From positions 1 through 42,460 of IMG/VR virus record IMGVR_UViG_3300049381_000006: 42,460 nucleotides of DNA; one strand, given 5' to 3'. Every line of letters starts with the position of its first letter. Position 1 is the first letter of the stretch. Both the position numbers and the translations under genes were made by a program. Origin of the DNA: a virus (lineage: Duplodnaviria > Caudoviricetes). This document shows positions 1-9,279 of this stretch, piece after piece. Under the pieces are notes generated by a model. That model did not search any database. It worked only from the letters and a program-made list of their open reading frames with translations, and was not told the DNA's origin.

Positions 1-49
1 GACAGCCGGGCCGCGTCCCGCCCACTCCTCCGAAAGGAGAACCACGAGC

Positions 50-1375
50 ATGGCACGAATTCACAACATCCGAATCGCGAGCCTGGTGGGACACCGGATC
101 CACCTCCACACCGCCGAGACGCCCGACACCATCACCGAGGGCGGCGAGCACGAGCCCGTCGCGGTCCTCGACCCGACCGGCACCATCGCCCGCGCCGGAT
201 ACATCGAGATCAGCGACCCCTACGTGGCCCCCGGGCTGCCTGGCGTAGAGCTCGTCGACATCCTGCCCGGGCCCACGACCGGGCTCCCCGCTCCTGCGGC
301 CGGGACGCTGCACCTGGTGTCGTGGCCCGCCGCGCAGGCCGCGCCGGATCGCAGCGACCTGATCGTCAACCTCCGGCATGTCCGCGACAGCACTGGACGC
401 GAGGTCGGCGCCAGGCGCCTCGGCCGGGTACTGCCCGCCCTCGGCGTCGCCGGCGAGCACCGCGCTGGCCGCGCCACCATCATCATGGGGCTGCCGGGCT
501 CCGGGAAGTCGTATCTGGCCGAGCAGATCACCACCGCCGACCCCGAAGCGCGCGAGCTTTGCCGCGACACCATCCGCGACGAACTGGTGGCCGCCGGCTA
601 CTGGCACGGCACCGACAAATGGGCCTTCGACGCCCGGGACGAGCAGCTCGTCACCGCCGTGCAGACCCGCCGCATGATCGGATACCTCGTCGAGGGGCGG
701 CATGTGGTCGTCTCCGACATGAACCTCCGGCCCGAGTACGTCACCCGACTCGTCGCCATCGCCCGATCGGTCGGCGCGGAGTGGGAGCTGATCGACCTCA
801 CCAGCGTCGACATCGACCTCTGCGTCGCTCGCGACGCCGCGCGGACCGTCGACAAGGTCGGCGAGGACAAGATCCGGTTGCTCGCGGCCGAAGCCGGGAT
901 CGGCGTACACATCTCCACGATGCCCACCCCGACCGGGCGTATCCCGGGGATTATCGTCGACGTCGACGGAACCGTAGCCAGGATCCCCGTCGACGCCGAC
1001 GGCAAGCGGACGCGCAGTCCCTACGTCGACGGCGAGCACCTGGTGGGCGCCGACCTACCCGTGCTCCCGGTCATCACCGCGGTGCGCGCCATGCACACGG
1101 CCGGCCACGCCGTCATCGTCACGTCCGGCCGCACCCGCGGATGCGAGCAGGAGACCCGCCGGTGGCTCGACGAGCACCTCGGCGTCCCCTACGCGCTGCA
1201 CATGCGGCCGGTGGGCGACCGACGCCACGACTACCTCATCAAGCGCGAGATTTACATCGACCACATCCACGCCCGGTACGACGTCCTCGCTGTATTCGAT
1301 GACCGCGACCAGGTCGTCAGCGAGTGGCGGCGGCTGGGCCTGACCGTGTTCCAGGTCGCCGAGGGGGGCTTCTGA
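50..1375 (+). CDS. Polynucleotide 5'-kinase/3'-phosphatase (T4 PseT/Pnkp-like) with an extra ~130-aa N-terminal domain
   Basis: P-loop GLPGSGKS, RD motif (CRDTIRD), HAD motif DVDGT, SGR and FDDRDQVV...FQVAEGGF end typical of phage Pnkp; RBS AAAGGAG upstream. Confidence 0.9.
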   Translation: MARIHNIRIASLVGHRIHLHTAETPDTITEGGEHEPVAVLDPTGTIARAGYIEISDPYVAPGLPGVELVDILPGPTTGLPAPAAGTLHLVSWPAAQAAPDRSDLIVNLRHVRDSTGREVGARRLGRVLPALGVAGEHRAGRATIIMGLPGSGKSYLAEQITTADPEARELCRDTIRDELVAAGYWHGTDKWAFDARDEQLVTAVQTRRMIGYLVEGRHVVVSDMNLRPEYVTRLVAIARSVGAEWELIDLTSVDIDLCVARDAARTVDKVGEDKIRLLAAEAGIGVHISTMPTPTGRIPGIIVDVDGTVARIPVDADGKRTRSPYVDGEHLVGADLPVLPVITAVRAMHTAGHAVIVTSGRTRGCEQETRRWLDEHLGVPYALHMRPVGDRRHDYLIKREIYIDHIHARYDVLAVFDDRDQVVSEWRRLGLTVFQVAEGGF

Positions 1376-1671
1376 TGCAGACGGTAATCATTACCGGCGC
1401 TGCTGCTCGCGCCCTGATGGCCCCCTACCTGGGCAACGCCGAGGTGGAGCTGGCCCTGGACTCGCCGTGCGCGGACGAGCCGGGCAAGGTCTGGCTCGTC
1501 GCAACGCTCAGCGGGCTGGTCGCCGGCTGGTCCGCCGCCGTGCCAGACGGCGACCAGCTCAAGCGCCGGGCGGAGGAGGACGAGATCGAAGAGACCCCCA
1601 CGCCGTTCTGGGAACAGCACGACGCACGGCCCCCGAAGGCGGGCCGCGAAGGCCGAACCCGGAACCCGTAG
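1375..1671 (+). CDS. Hypothetical protein (~98 aa)
   Basis: ATG overlaps the Pnkp stop (TGATG), indicating translational coupling. Confidence 0.6.
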   Translation: MQTVIITGAAARALMAPYLGNAEVELALDSPCADEPGKVWLVATLSGLVAGWSAAVPDGDQLKRRAEEDEIEETPTPFWEQHDARPPKAGREGRTRNP

Positions 1672-1736
1672 CAGCCGAAGGCGCCCCAACCACCAGGGCG
1701 GGGCGCCCACCTCCCTCACTCACCAGAGGAGCAGCA

Positions 1737-2084
1737 ATGGACGACCTGACGCGAGTGATGGCGACGTTCACCGGAGACTACGAGGGGCTGCTGAAGTTCG
1801 GCGCCTACCTCGGAATCTTCCAGGGCCTCGCCACCCAGCTCAAGGACGTGGGCATGGCGCACGAGTGGTACCTGATGGGCGTGACCGCTGAGGATGCCGC
1901 GAAGTGGGCCAACGGCGGGAGCACCCCGACGGGCGCGAAGCCGCTGATCGCGGCAGGCATCACCCCGGAGATGGAAGCCGACGCCGACGAAGCCGGCGGG
2001 AGCGTCCTGGAGCGGATCGCCCGGCTCGCCGACGCGGGCATCGACACCAAGGGCGCCGACCTCAGCGCCCTGGACGAGAAGTAG
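1737..2084 (+). CDS. Hypothetical protein (115 aa)
   Basis: AGAGGAG RBS before ATG 1737; globular composition; ends just before a strong hairpin. Confidence 0.7.
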   Translation: MDDLTRVMATFTGDYEGLLKFGAYLGIFQGLATQLKDVGMAHEWYLMGVTAEDAAKWANGGSTPTGAKPLIAAGITPEMEADADEAGGSVLERIARLADAGIDTKGADLSALDEK

Positions 2085-2087
2085 ACG

Positions 2088-2124
2088 ACAGTGACCCCGC
2101 CAACCGAACTGGCGGGGTCACTGT
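2088..2124 (+). terminator. Intrinsic terminator-like hairpin
   Basis: Perfect 15-bp inverted repeat ACAGTGACCCCGCCA / TGGCGGGGTCACTGT with a 7-nt loop, just after the stop at 2084. Confidence 0.8.
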
Positions 2125-2188
2125 GTTCCCGCCCAGGATTGGTGGGCAGGACGGCCCGAGACTACCCAACACGAGAGGATGAAAAGAC

Positions 2189-2488
2189 ATGGACACCACC
2201 GCGCTCCCCCCGCTCACCGGCCCCAGCGACTACCACATCACCACAGCCGAGACCGACCGGCTGAGCATGCTGGACCAGATCTCCCGGGAGATCACCGCAA
2301 GAACAGCCGACGTCCCGTCGGCCCTCGCGGCCGAAATGGTCGCGCTCTTCCACGAGGTCGCACTCCGCCACACCGACGCGACGTGGTGGCTTAACAACAA
2401 CCATGCCCACTCGCTCACCCAGGTCCTCGCCCGGGAGTTCACCGACGAGGACAAGGCACGACACACGGAGATCCGCACACGCCGCTGA
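2189..2488 (+). CDS. Hypothetical protein (99 aa)
   Basis: GAGAGG RBS; GC3-biased codons; helical composition. Confidence 0.7.
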   Translation: MDTTALPPLTGPSDYHITTAETDRLSMLDQISREITARTADVPSALAAEMVALFHEVALRHTDATWWLNNNHAHSLTQVLAREFTDEDKARHTEIRTRR

Positions 2489-2628
2489 CCGAGTGGTAAC
2501 CTGCTTACCTGCGCCTCACCATGGTGGAGCGCCTGCGTCCCACCCCCGGTGGGCGAGGATCTCAACAACAACGACATCGCTTCCTCCCTGCGTTTACGCC
2601 TGCCACAGGCCTACCCCCGGGAGTCGAC

Positions 2629-2880
2629 ATGCGCATCGTCCAGCACACCGAAGACATCGCCTATAACAGCAACTGCTCCGGCCCGGAATGCAAGGCTGGT
2701 AAGCAGCGATACTGGACTGCCCGCCGCGAGGCGATCCAGGCCGGCCGGGCAACCGTCAAACACCACGGTGTCGGGGGCTACCGGCAGGGCTGCCGCTGTG
2801 AGATCTGCCGCGATGCGATGCGGGTCCGCAATGCCGATCTCCGGCATCGTGCAGACTCGCCGCATGACAACCGTGCCTGA
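2629..2880 (+). CDS. Small Cys/His zinc-binding protein
   Basis: HG..GY..GCRCxxCR motif, common in actinophage small proteins, preceded by a degenerate copy (YNSNCSGPECK). Confidence 0.6.
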   Translation: MRIVQHTEDIAYNSNCSGPECKAGKQRYWTARREAIQAGRATVKHHGVGGYRQGCRCEICRDAMRVRNADLRHRADSPHDNRA

Positions 2881-3049
2881 CTCTCAGCCCGCTGTGCCCG
2901 CCGCGCCCGTCTGCTGCGGTAGGCAGCTTGCCGGGACGTGGCTGCCGCGCAAGGGCGAGCCGCAGGTGCACGCGTGCCAGCTGTACCCGTGCTCGGGGCC
3001 GGACCGGTACTGGCGGGACCAGGAGTGGGCGGCGGCAGACCGCGGCTAG
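2864..3049 (+). CDS. Small Cys-rich hypothetical protein
   Basis: ATG 2864 overlaps the previous gene; CCG...ACQLYPC motif. Confidence 0.45.
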   Translation: MTTVPDSQPAVPAAPVCCGRQLAGTWLPRKGEPQVHACQLYPCSGPDRYWRDQEWAAADRG

Positions 3050-3079
3050 AGGCGCGCACCCCATATCCTCACCGATGTG

Positions 3080-3586
3080 ATGTGGCAGGAGATCCTCGTT
3101 CCCCTCGGTGCGGCCGCACTCGGTGCCTTCGTCGGCCCGCTGCTGGCCAACACCAAAGATCGTCGTGCCGCACGGTCCGCCGTCTACACCTCGCTACACA
3201 AGACCACCCGGGCGTGGCAGCCGGACAACTGGGAGGTACTGGAGGGCGAGCTCCCGCACACCGAGATGGAGCGGGAGATGGCCGAGTTCGGCGCGCTGGC
3301 CATCATCGCCCGCGTGCCCCGGGCGCGGGTTGAGCGGTACACCAAGGCGCAACGGGACGCGTACAACGACTGCGAGCTGGATACCAGTGGACGCATCTCC
3401 ACGGCCAGAACGCCGGAACGCCACCTCCTGGAGATCAGCGAAGCGCAACGCGCAATCGTCGGCCACCTGTGGCACCCCTGGCTCTACCCGGTCGGCGCGG
3501 CGATGGCCGCGATGTGGCGTCGGCTTGCGGCTGCTGCCAAGGGTTTCTGGGACGTCCCGACGCAGAAAAGCCCCTCCCTGAAGTGA
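3080..3586 (+). CDS. Membrane-anchored hypothetical (moron-like) protein
   Basis: N-terminal TM helix ILVPLGAAALGAFVGPLLA; last + strand gene before the convergent hairpin. Confidence 0.65.
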   Translation: MWQEILVPLGAAALGAFVGPLLANTKDRRAARSAVYTSLHKTTRAWQPDNWEVLEGELPHTEMEREMAEFGALAIIARVPRARVERYTKAQRDAYNDCELDTSGRISTARTPERHLLEISEAQRAIVGHLWHPWLYPVGAAMAAMWRRLAAAAKGFWDVPTQKSPSLK

Positions 3587-3630
3587 CGGGCTGAACGTAG
3601 GGCCGACCCGTGCAGCGGCCGAATACGATG

Positions 3631-3673
3631 ACGACGCCCCGGGCCGGTCGTGAGACCAGCGCCGGGGCGTCGT
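3631..3673. terminator. Putative bidirectional terminator between convergent transcription units
   Basis: 12-bp inverted repeat ACGACGCCCCGG / CCGGGGCGTCGT with inner GGTC-GTGA-GACC stem-loop, between stops at 3586 (+) and 3712 (-). Confidence 0.7.
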
Positions 3674-3711
3674 TGCTCCCATGGATGGGAGATGGTGGGA
3701 CTTGGGTGGGA

Positions 3712-4047
3712 TCAGGGGGACGGGGTCGCCTCGATCCAGCCGCAGGCGCAATACCTGAACGGGTTCCCGTGGCTTCCAGGGCTCGGGCAGTCCGACGAGC
3801 CAGGATGCTCAGGCTGCGGCTCAGCGGCATGGAAGGCGAGCGCCGCGCGATGCCTCTCGCCGTTCTCGCCCCGACCGCTCACCGACGCGACGATCGACGC
3901 CCACGAGCTGGCGTCGAGCACCAACCCGCGGATCGGTTGAGCATCGGCCTGCGGGCCATCCATGATGGAGATCCGCACCCGGCCATCGGCCTCGCGCCTG
4001 AAGTACCAGCCGTCATGGGCGTGGAAGCCCAGGGACTCTTCAGACAT
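3712..4047 (-). CDS. Hypothetical protein downstream of holin (111 aa)
   Basis: Overlaps the holin end; C-terminal C..H..CxC motif. Confidence 0.65.
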   Translation of the reverse strand: MSEESLGFHAHDGWYFRREADGRVRISIMDGPQADAQPIRGLVLDASSWASIVASVSGRGENGERHRAALAFHAAEPQPEHPGSSDCPSPGSHGNPFRYCACGWIEATPSP

Positions 4048-4303
4048 GGCTGCTCCGTTCGGGTTGGGAGTTCGGGTCGGTCAGCTTCGCGACCGACGCC
4101 GGGGAGTACACGCGCGACCGGGTCAGCCAGCCCGACACCAGCGGCGCCAGGATGGCCACCACGCCGGTCACAGCGGCGGCCTGCTCGGCGGTCAGGCCCA
4201 GGCCGAACGACGCCAGCAGCGCCAGTGCGGCGGACACCGCCGAAGTCGCGACGCCCACCGACAGGGCAGGCTCAGTCGACGCAGGATCAGGCGTGGCGCT
4301 CAC
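4040..4303 (-). CDS. Putative holin
   Basis: 87 aa with two hydrophobic helices; EPAL...FGL.LT.EQ.AA...TRSRV.P pattern of actinophage holins; lies in the lysis cassette. Confidence 0.75.
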   Translation of the reverse strand: MSATPDPASTEPALSVGVATSAVSAALALLASFGLGLTAEQAAAVTGVVAILAPLVSGWLTRSRVYSPASVAKLTDPNSQPERSSHV

Positions 4304-4623
4304 CGGGCAGCCTCCTTCACCTCAGGCGCGGGGACCGTGTGCACCTCGATACGGTCCACCGCGTCCCGGAGACTTGCCCCGGAGTTCGGTTTCAGCTCAT
4401 GCGTCACCGTGCTCACCTGCTCTTCCAGCGACACGAGGCGCTCCATCACGCCCGGCCGTTTGTGGTAGCCCGGGCGGGCTTCTTCGCCCCGCCAGTCCTC
4501 CAAAAACTCGCGGACCATGTTCAACGTCGAGAACACCCACCTGACTCCTTTTCCTATGACGACGAGCGCGGCGGCCAGCAGGACCAGAGCCCCGGCGGCT
4601 GGCAGCACCCAACTGAAGTCCAT
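4300..4623 (-). CDS. Lysis-cassette membrane protein (single TM plus coiled coil)
   Basis: N-terminal TM; FLEDWRGEEARPG...PGVMERL...ELKPNSGASLRDAVDRIE pattern typical of genes next to actinophage lysins. Confidence 0.75.
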   Translation of the reverse strand: MDFSWVLPAAGALVLLAAALVVIGKGVRWVFSTLNMVREFLEDWRGEEARPGYHKRPGVMERLVSLEEQVSTVTHELKPNSGASLRDAVDRIEVHTVPAPEVKEAAR

Positions 4624-4695
4624 CCTGTACCTCTACCTGTGTCGGTCTGTCCCACGCGGGTCTGGGCGCGGGTCACACGGTGGTGCGTGGTGCGG

Positions 4696-5655
4696 TTAGG
4701 CGGGCGACGCGTCGAGTTCGTCCGCCTGCGCCCGCAGCCCGGCCGCTTCCGCGTCGCGGTACGCCTCCACCTGCGCGCGCAGCGCCGCGTTGTCCGCATC
4801 CAGTTCGGCGATCCTCGCGCCGAGTTCGTCGCCGACCCGGTTCACCGCAGCGACGATCGGGGCTGCGTCGGCACCGCCGAGGTCGGCGAGCGCCTGGACC
4901 GCCGCGGCGAGCGCGGACTCCCGCGCAGCGGACTGGGTCAGTGCGGCCTCGATCCGGCGCAGTGTCCGCGCCAGCTCGTTGGGCTCCTTGGGGTTGTTGA
5001 CGTGGTTGTCGATGGTGTCGCTCATGGCCTGCATGCCGTAGACGCGGAACATCAGGGCGCGGGCGTCGTTGTCGTCTCTGAAAGCCATGTCGTCTCCTAG
5101 TCCGATCTCGGTGAGCCAGCGCGCGAAGTGGTCGCGCAGTGTTGTCCGCCCGGCCTTGGTGGCGTCGCGGTACTGGCTGTAGTGGTTGTGCCATCGGTGG
5201 TTGTCGGCCGGGATCCGTTCCGCCGGTTTCGAGGTGATGCCGCGTTCCCGGTCGTAGCGGAACACCCGCACACCGTCGGGGCTGTAGATGACCTCCCGGA
5301 TGTCGCGGGTATCAGGGTGGTTGGCCTGGCATTGCGCCACGGACCACAGTGCGAGGTCCCGGTGTGTGAACGTGCCCTTCGGGGTGGTGACCTTGAACTC
5401 GCCGACGTCGACCGCGCTCGCGGCGTCCGTGAGCCCGGCCCCGTCCCGGGTCGTGCGTGCCGAATAGGCGTCGGCACGGAGCTGGTCCTTGCCGAGGTGG
5501 TATGAGGTGCCGACCTCGGCGTGCGGGGCGTCGGCGACGATCCCGACCTCGCCCGGGTCCAGGTCTGCTGGGTACGAGCCTGACCCCGGGTGCATGTCGA
5601 GTTCGGCCAGGAGCAGGTTCCGGGCCGCTTTGAGTTCACCGGTTGCGTACGTCAT
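4696..5655 (-). CDS. Putative endolysin (Zn-peptidase/M15-like N-terminal domain, helical C-terminus)
   Basis: Located between the last tail gene and the holin; YH...A.D...HRWHNHYS metal-ligand pattern; fold assignment is inference. Confidence 0.65.
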   Translation of the reverse strand: MTYATGELKAARNLLLAELDMHPGSGSYPADLDPGEVGIVADAPHAEVGTSYHLGKDQLRADAYSARTTRDGAGLTDAASAVDVGEFKVTTPKGTFTHRDLALWSVAQCQANHPDTRDIREVIYSPDGVRVFRYDRERGITSKPAERIPADNHRWHNHYSQYRDATKAGRTTLRDHFARWLTEIGLGDDMAFRDDNDARALMFRVYGMQAMSDTIDNHVNNPKEPNELARTLRRIEAALTQSAARESALAAAVQALADLGGADAAPIVAAVNRVGDELGARIAELDADNAALRAQVEAYRDAEAAGLRAQADELDASPA

Positions 5656-5665
5656 CGATGTTCCC

Positions 5666-6382
5666 CTATACGAAAGTGGTTATGATGACAACCCCGTCGG
5701 CGCCTGCGCCGCCCGTACGGGCCGAACCCTGCGACGCACTGTTCGCCGCACCGCCACCACCACCCCCGTAGTCCTTGCCCGCGTTCCCGACCCCGTTCAA
5801 CGACTCCGTCACACCACCACCCAAAACCGTGATACCGCCGTCACCGGCACGCACACCCGTCGTCGTCGAGTTGATGGCGATACCCACACCGCCAGGCGAC
5901 CCCGCCACCCGCACCGTCCCACCAGTACCACCGGTACCACCGATCCGGGCCTGCGTGTTCGCCGAATAGTTCGCCGTCGACCCGACCGCCCGGATACTCC
6001 CGCCGCCGCCGCCGACCGCGGTGATGTGCGCCCCGAACGACGACGTCACACCCGTGGCGCCGCCCGCAGCGGACGCACCCGCACCACCGGTCCCGACCGT
6101 CACCGTCACCGTCGCCGCAAGCGACGACGCCGCGAACCACCCCGCCGCGTACTCCCCGGCGCCACCGCCGTCACCGAACGACCACTGGCCGGCGCCAGTG
6201 ATGTCCGCACCGCCCCCCGCGCCACCGCCACCGACGACCTGCACGTACACGTACTGCGCGCCGTCGGGTTTGCTCCACGTCCCGGACGCGTCGAACACCT
6301 GCTCGTCGATGCTGGCGAAGAACGCGCCCCTGGTCAGGGAGCCGATGGTTTTCGCCCCGCCGACAACATCACTGATAGCCAT
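5666..6382 (-). CDS. Glycine-rich minor tail/fibre protein
   Basis: VFDASGTWSKPDGA..V.VVGGGGAGG...G.G.DGVVIIT glycine-rich domain; start at MAISDVV. Confidence 0.8.
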   Translation of the reverse strand: MAISDVVGGAKTIGSLTRGAFFASIDEQVFDASGTWSKPDGAQYVYVQVVGGGGAGGGADITGAGQWSFGDGGGAGEYAAGWFAASSLAATVTVTVGTGGAGASAAGGATGVTSSFGAHITAVGGGGGSIRAVGSTANYSANTQARIGGTGGTGGTVRVAGSPGGVGIAINSTTTGVRAGDGGITVLGGGVTESLNGVGNAGKDYGGGGGGAANSASQGSARTGGAGADGVVIITTFV

Positions 6383-6390
6383 TGATTTCC

Positions 6391-9279
6391 TCAGATTCCC
6401 CACGTGCCGGTGTCGGTGACCGTCACCGGGGCGCCGGCCGCATGCGGCTTGTCGGTCGCCAACCGGGTCACGGTGAACGTGTACGGATCGTTGATGCGGA
6501 TGTTGTCGAACTCGACCAGCAGCGGCAACACGTTGCTGTTCGAGCTGTTGATGAAGGTCCGCACCCCGAACTGTGTGCCGGGCGGGACACCGGTCGCGCC
6601 GCCGATCTGGGTCGTGAGGCGGGCCGGTTCGTCGGTGATGGCGCCGACCCAGCATTTGCCGTACATGTCGTCGCCGTCGAGCCGCAGCCGCAGCCACACC
6701 ACATCGGACGCCCCGTACGTGAACGGGAAGATCGTGTAGTCGAAGTTGGTTTGCGCCCCGGAGATCGCCCGCCGGTGCCGGGCCGCGAGGACCCCGGACG
6801 TGCGGAACTCGACATCCCACCGCGCCCACGACGACGAACTCCCGCTCGACCTGGTCTCGATCGCCACCCGGAAATCGGCGCCGGTCGCCACGACACCCGG
6901 CCGGATCGGCAGGGTGATGTCGTTCGGGCCGGACGCGACCCCGAGGGTTGCTGCGTCGATCAGCCCGGTGTAGTTGACGTTGCGGGTGGCCATGTTGTGC
7001 TGCGCCCGCGACGACGCCACCGAGTGATCAGCCGCCGTACCCGACACGACGGACCAGGTGAGGCCGGTACCCGGGTCGGTGCCCCAACTGTCCGCAACCG
7101 TGCGGTCGAACCCGTCGAACAGGACCCCTGCGATGGACGTGCACGCGTACGTCAACCCGCCGATGTCAACATCCAGGGGGAAGTTGACGGTGTCGGTGCC
7201 CGTGTCCCCGGTGACCCACGGCTCGCCGGGCGCGGTCACCGTTAACGCGGTGGCCGTGTCGGAGACGGCGGTGACGAGCGTCGAGTTGTTGACACCCCAC
7301 CGGGACTCGGTGTTGCTGCCGGTGTCGTCGCCCCACACCCCGACCGTGTGGGTCGACGCCGGGGTGGTGTTCATGCGCGCGGTCCACTGCTTGCTGTTCC
7401 AGTGCTCGGTGCGGCCCTCCCGGATCGCGTCGATCACATCGACGCCGACCTCCTCGTGCGGGTTGGTGACCTGGACCCGGCCGCCGAACGGCATTCCCGT
7501 CCACTGCGGGATGAGCTCCGGGTGGTTCGCGAGGTTGACCGCTAGCATCGGCCACCGGTCCTCGTCGACGGTGCCCTTGTGGACCTCCCACCCGGCGATG
7601 TCCGGCAACTGCCCGTCCGTCTCCACGTTGTACGTGTCGCCGCCCGCGAACAGGGCGTCACCGGCAACGTATGCCGGGTCCCGGTAGGTGGACGACGACC
7701 CGTCGGTGCGTTTCGCGGTCCACTGGTTCACCATCACCTGGTCGTCGTCGTCGGCCTCGACGTACTCCGCGAGCTGCCCTTGCGCCTGGTCGACGGCGAA
7801 ATGTACGGGCTGGTTGTTGTAGTCGCGCGGAGACTTGTACGCCAACCCGAACTCGTGCTCGTACACGACACCGCGGCCGGCTTTCTCCGCATCAGCGAGC
7901 ACAGCCGACGTGGAACCCGTCGGCTGCGGGCCGAGCGTCGCGGCTTCGTCGCCTGCGTAGGCCGCGAACGGGATGCCCTCCTCCCGGCAGACCCGGGCCA
8001 GCCGGTCGGTGAGGCGCTCGGTGTCCCAGGCGCCCATCGCCTCTGCGGCCGTGGCACCGCTGGTGTCCTTATCCCAGGCGGCGTCGGCGAATACCTGCAG
8101 GTGGCCGAGCGCCATCCCGCTGTAGTTGTGGAGCAGGCCTCCCGGGCTGGCACTGACGACCTTCCCGTAGCGGCCCGCCCCGGCGTTGTAGTCGTAGGAG
8201 AAGACGATGTCGCCGCTGCTGTTGAGGATCCGGGTGTAGAAGTAGTCGTCGGTGCCGGACGCGTCGTCGACCGCCGTGATCACATAGGACAGGCTCTGGT
8301 CCAGGATCAGGTCTGCGTCGACGGCGGGGGTGTCTATGTCGAGGACCGTCCCGGACAGGTCTCTGATGACTATGGTGATGCTGGTGCCAGCCATGTTCGG
8401 GCCGACGGTGATGTCCCCGGCAGCGTGGAAGACGCGGACCACGCCCGAAGATGAGACCCCCCCGTTGGTCGGCATGTGCGACGCGATCTGGACCGCCCAC
8501 CGGCCGACGTCGGTGTGCGCGGGGACCCGGGCACGTGTGACGGCGCCCTCGGGCCAGACCGGCAACGGCTGCGACCCGGGGAACAGGTCGCTCACGGCCA
8601 GGGCCGTCACCCCGCCGAGGACCGCCGTTTCACCGCCCGGGAGCGCCGACGCGAACTGGGTGGCGTTCGCCCCGTCCTCCATCGGCCAGTACCCGATCGG
8701 GGTGATGCCCTCAGCGGTGGGGCCGGCGCAGGTGCGGGCCATCGGCGACTTCTCGACGTCGTCGCTGTCGAGGCGTCGTTTGATGCCGCCGATGCTGACC
8801 GGGACCACGGAGTCGGTGCCGGTGGTGTCCCATCGTTTCGGCCACGCGTTGATGTACCCGTGCAACCGGTCGTACCAGCCGGACCCGGGGTTGACCTGCG
8901 CCCAGACCGGGGTGTTGCGGGTCAGGAACCCGTAATACGGGGAGAACGGGTTGCGGCGGGAGAACCTGCCGTCGTTCTCCAACACCATGCTGGCGTTGAT
9001 CGTCGACACGGTGCCCGACTCGTCGCGGCGGCCGTCCGTAACCGTGATACCCGGGTCCCAGCGCACGTACTCGGTGATGTTCGCCCAACCCCACTGCCAC
9101 CACGGCAACGTGTAGTCCGGGGTCAGGGCGATCCACACCCGGCACTGCAGATCCGTCGCCGGGAACGTGTCGGCGGGCGGAACTGGGCCCGCAGTGGAGG
9201 CGGCAGGGACAGCACCGAACCGGCCGGCGTGGCGTTCCCACGCGGCCCATCTGGCGGCGACCCTCCTCCTCGTGATCAT
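6391..9279 (-). CDS. Large minor tail/baseplate protein (962 aa)
   Basis: W.NITEYVR..I.VTDGRRDE...LENDGRFS..NP.SPYY tail motif; GYWPMEDG LamG-like segment; position after the tape measure gene. Confidence 0.85.
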   Translation of the reverse strand: MITRRRVAARWAAWERHAGRFGAVPAASTAGPVPPADTFPATDLQCRVWIALTPDYTLPWWQWGWANITEYVRWDPGITVTDGRRDESGTVSTINASMVLENDGRFSRRNPFSPYYGFLTRNTPVWAQVNPGSGWYDRLHGYINAWPKRWDTTGTDSVVPVSIGGIKRRLDSDDVEKSPMARTCAGPTAEGITPIGYWPMEDGANATQFASALPGGETAVLGGVTALAVSDLFPGSQPLPVWPEGAVTRARVPAHTDVGRWAVQIASHMPTNGGVSSSGVVRVFHAAGDITVGPNMAGTSITIVIRDLSGTVLDIDTPAVDADLILDQSLSYVITAVDDASGTDDYFYTRILNSSGDIVFSYDYNAGAGRYGKVVSASPGGLLHNYSGMALGHLQVFADAAWDKDTSGATAAEAMGAWDTERLTDRLARVCREEGIPFAAYAGDEAATLGPQPTGSTSAVLADAEKAGRGVVYEHEFGLAYKSPRDYNNQPVHFAVDQAQGQLAEYVEADDDDQVMVNQWTAKRTDGSSSTYRDPAYVAGDALFAGGDTYNVETDGQLPDIAGWEVHKGTVDEDRWPMLAVNLANHPELIPQWTGMPFGGRVQVTNPHEEVGVDVIDAIREGRTEHWNSKQWTARMNTTPASTHTVGVWGDDTGSNTESRWGVNNSTLVTAVSDTATALTVTAPGEPWVTGDTGTDTVNFPLDVDIGGLTYACTSIAGVLFDGFDRTVADSWGTDPGTGLTWSVVSGTAADHSVASSRAQHNMATRNVNYTGLIDAATLGVASGPNDITLPIRPGVVATGADFRVAIETRSSGSSSSWARWDVEFRTSGVLAARHRRAISGAQTNFDYTIFPFTYGASDVVWLRLRLDGDDMYGKCWVGAITDEPARLTTQIGGATGVPPGTQFGVRTFINSSNSNVLPLLVEFDNIRINDPYTFTVTRLATDKPHAAGAPVTVTDTGTWGI

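Noticed and set aside
3610-5100. 496-aa + strand ORF, and other long + strand ORFs such as 9828..11132, 22156..23790 and 25533..26804
   Set aside because: Antisense shadows of well-supported - strand genes; stop codons are rare at this GC content; Arg/Pro/Ser-rich with no motifs.
5700-6260. Repetitive CCG/CCA-rich DNA
   Set aside because: Explained by the Gly-rich tail protein coding sequence; not a CRISPR array or tandem repeat.
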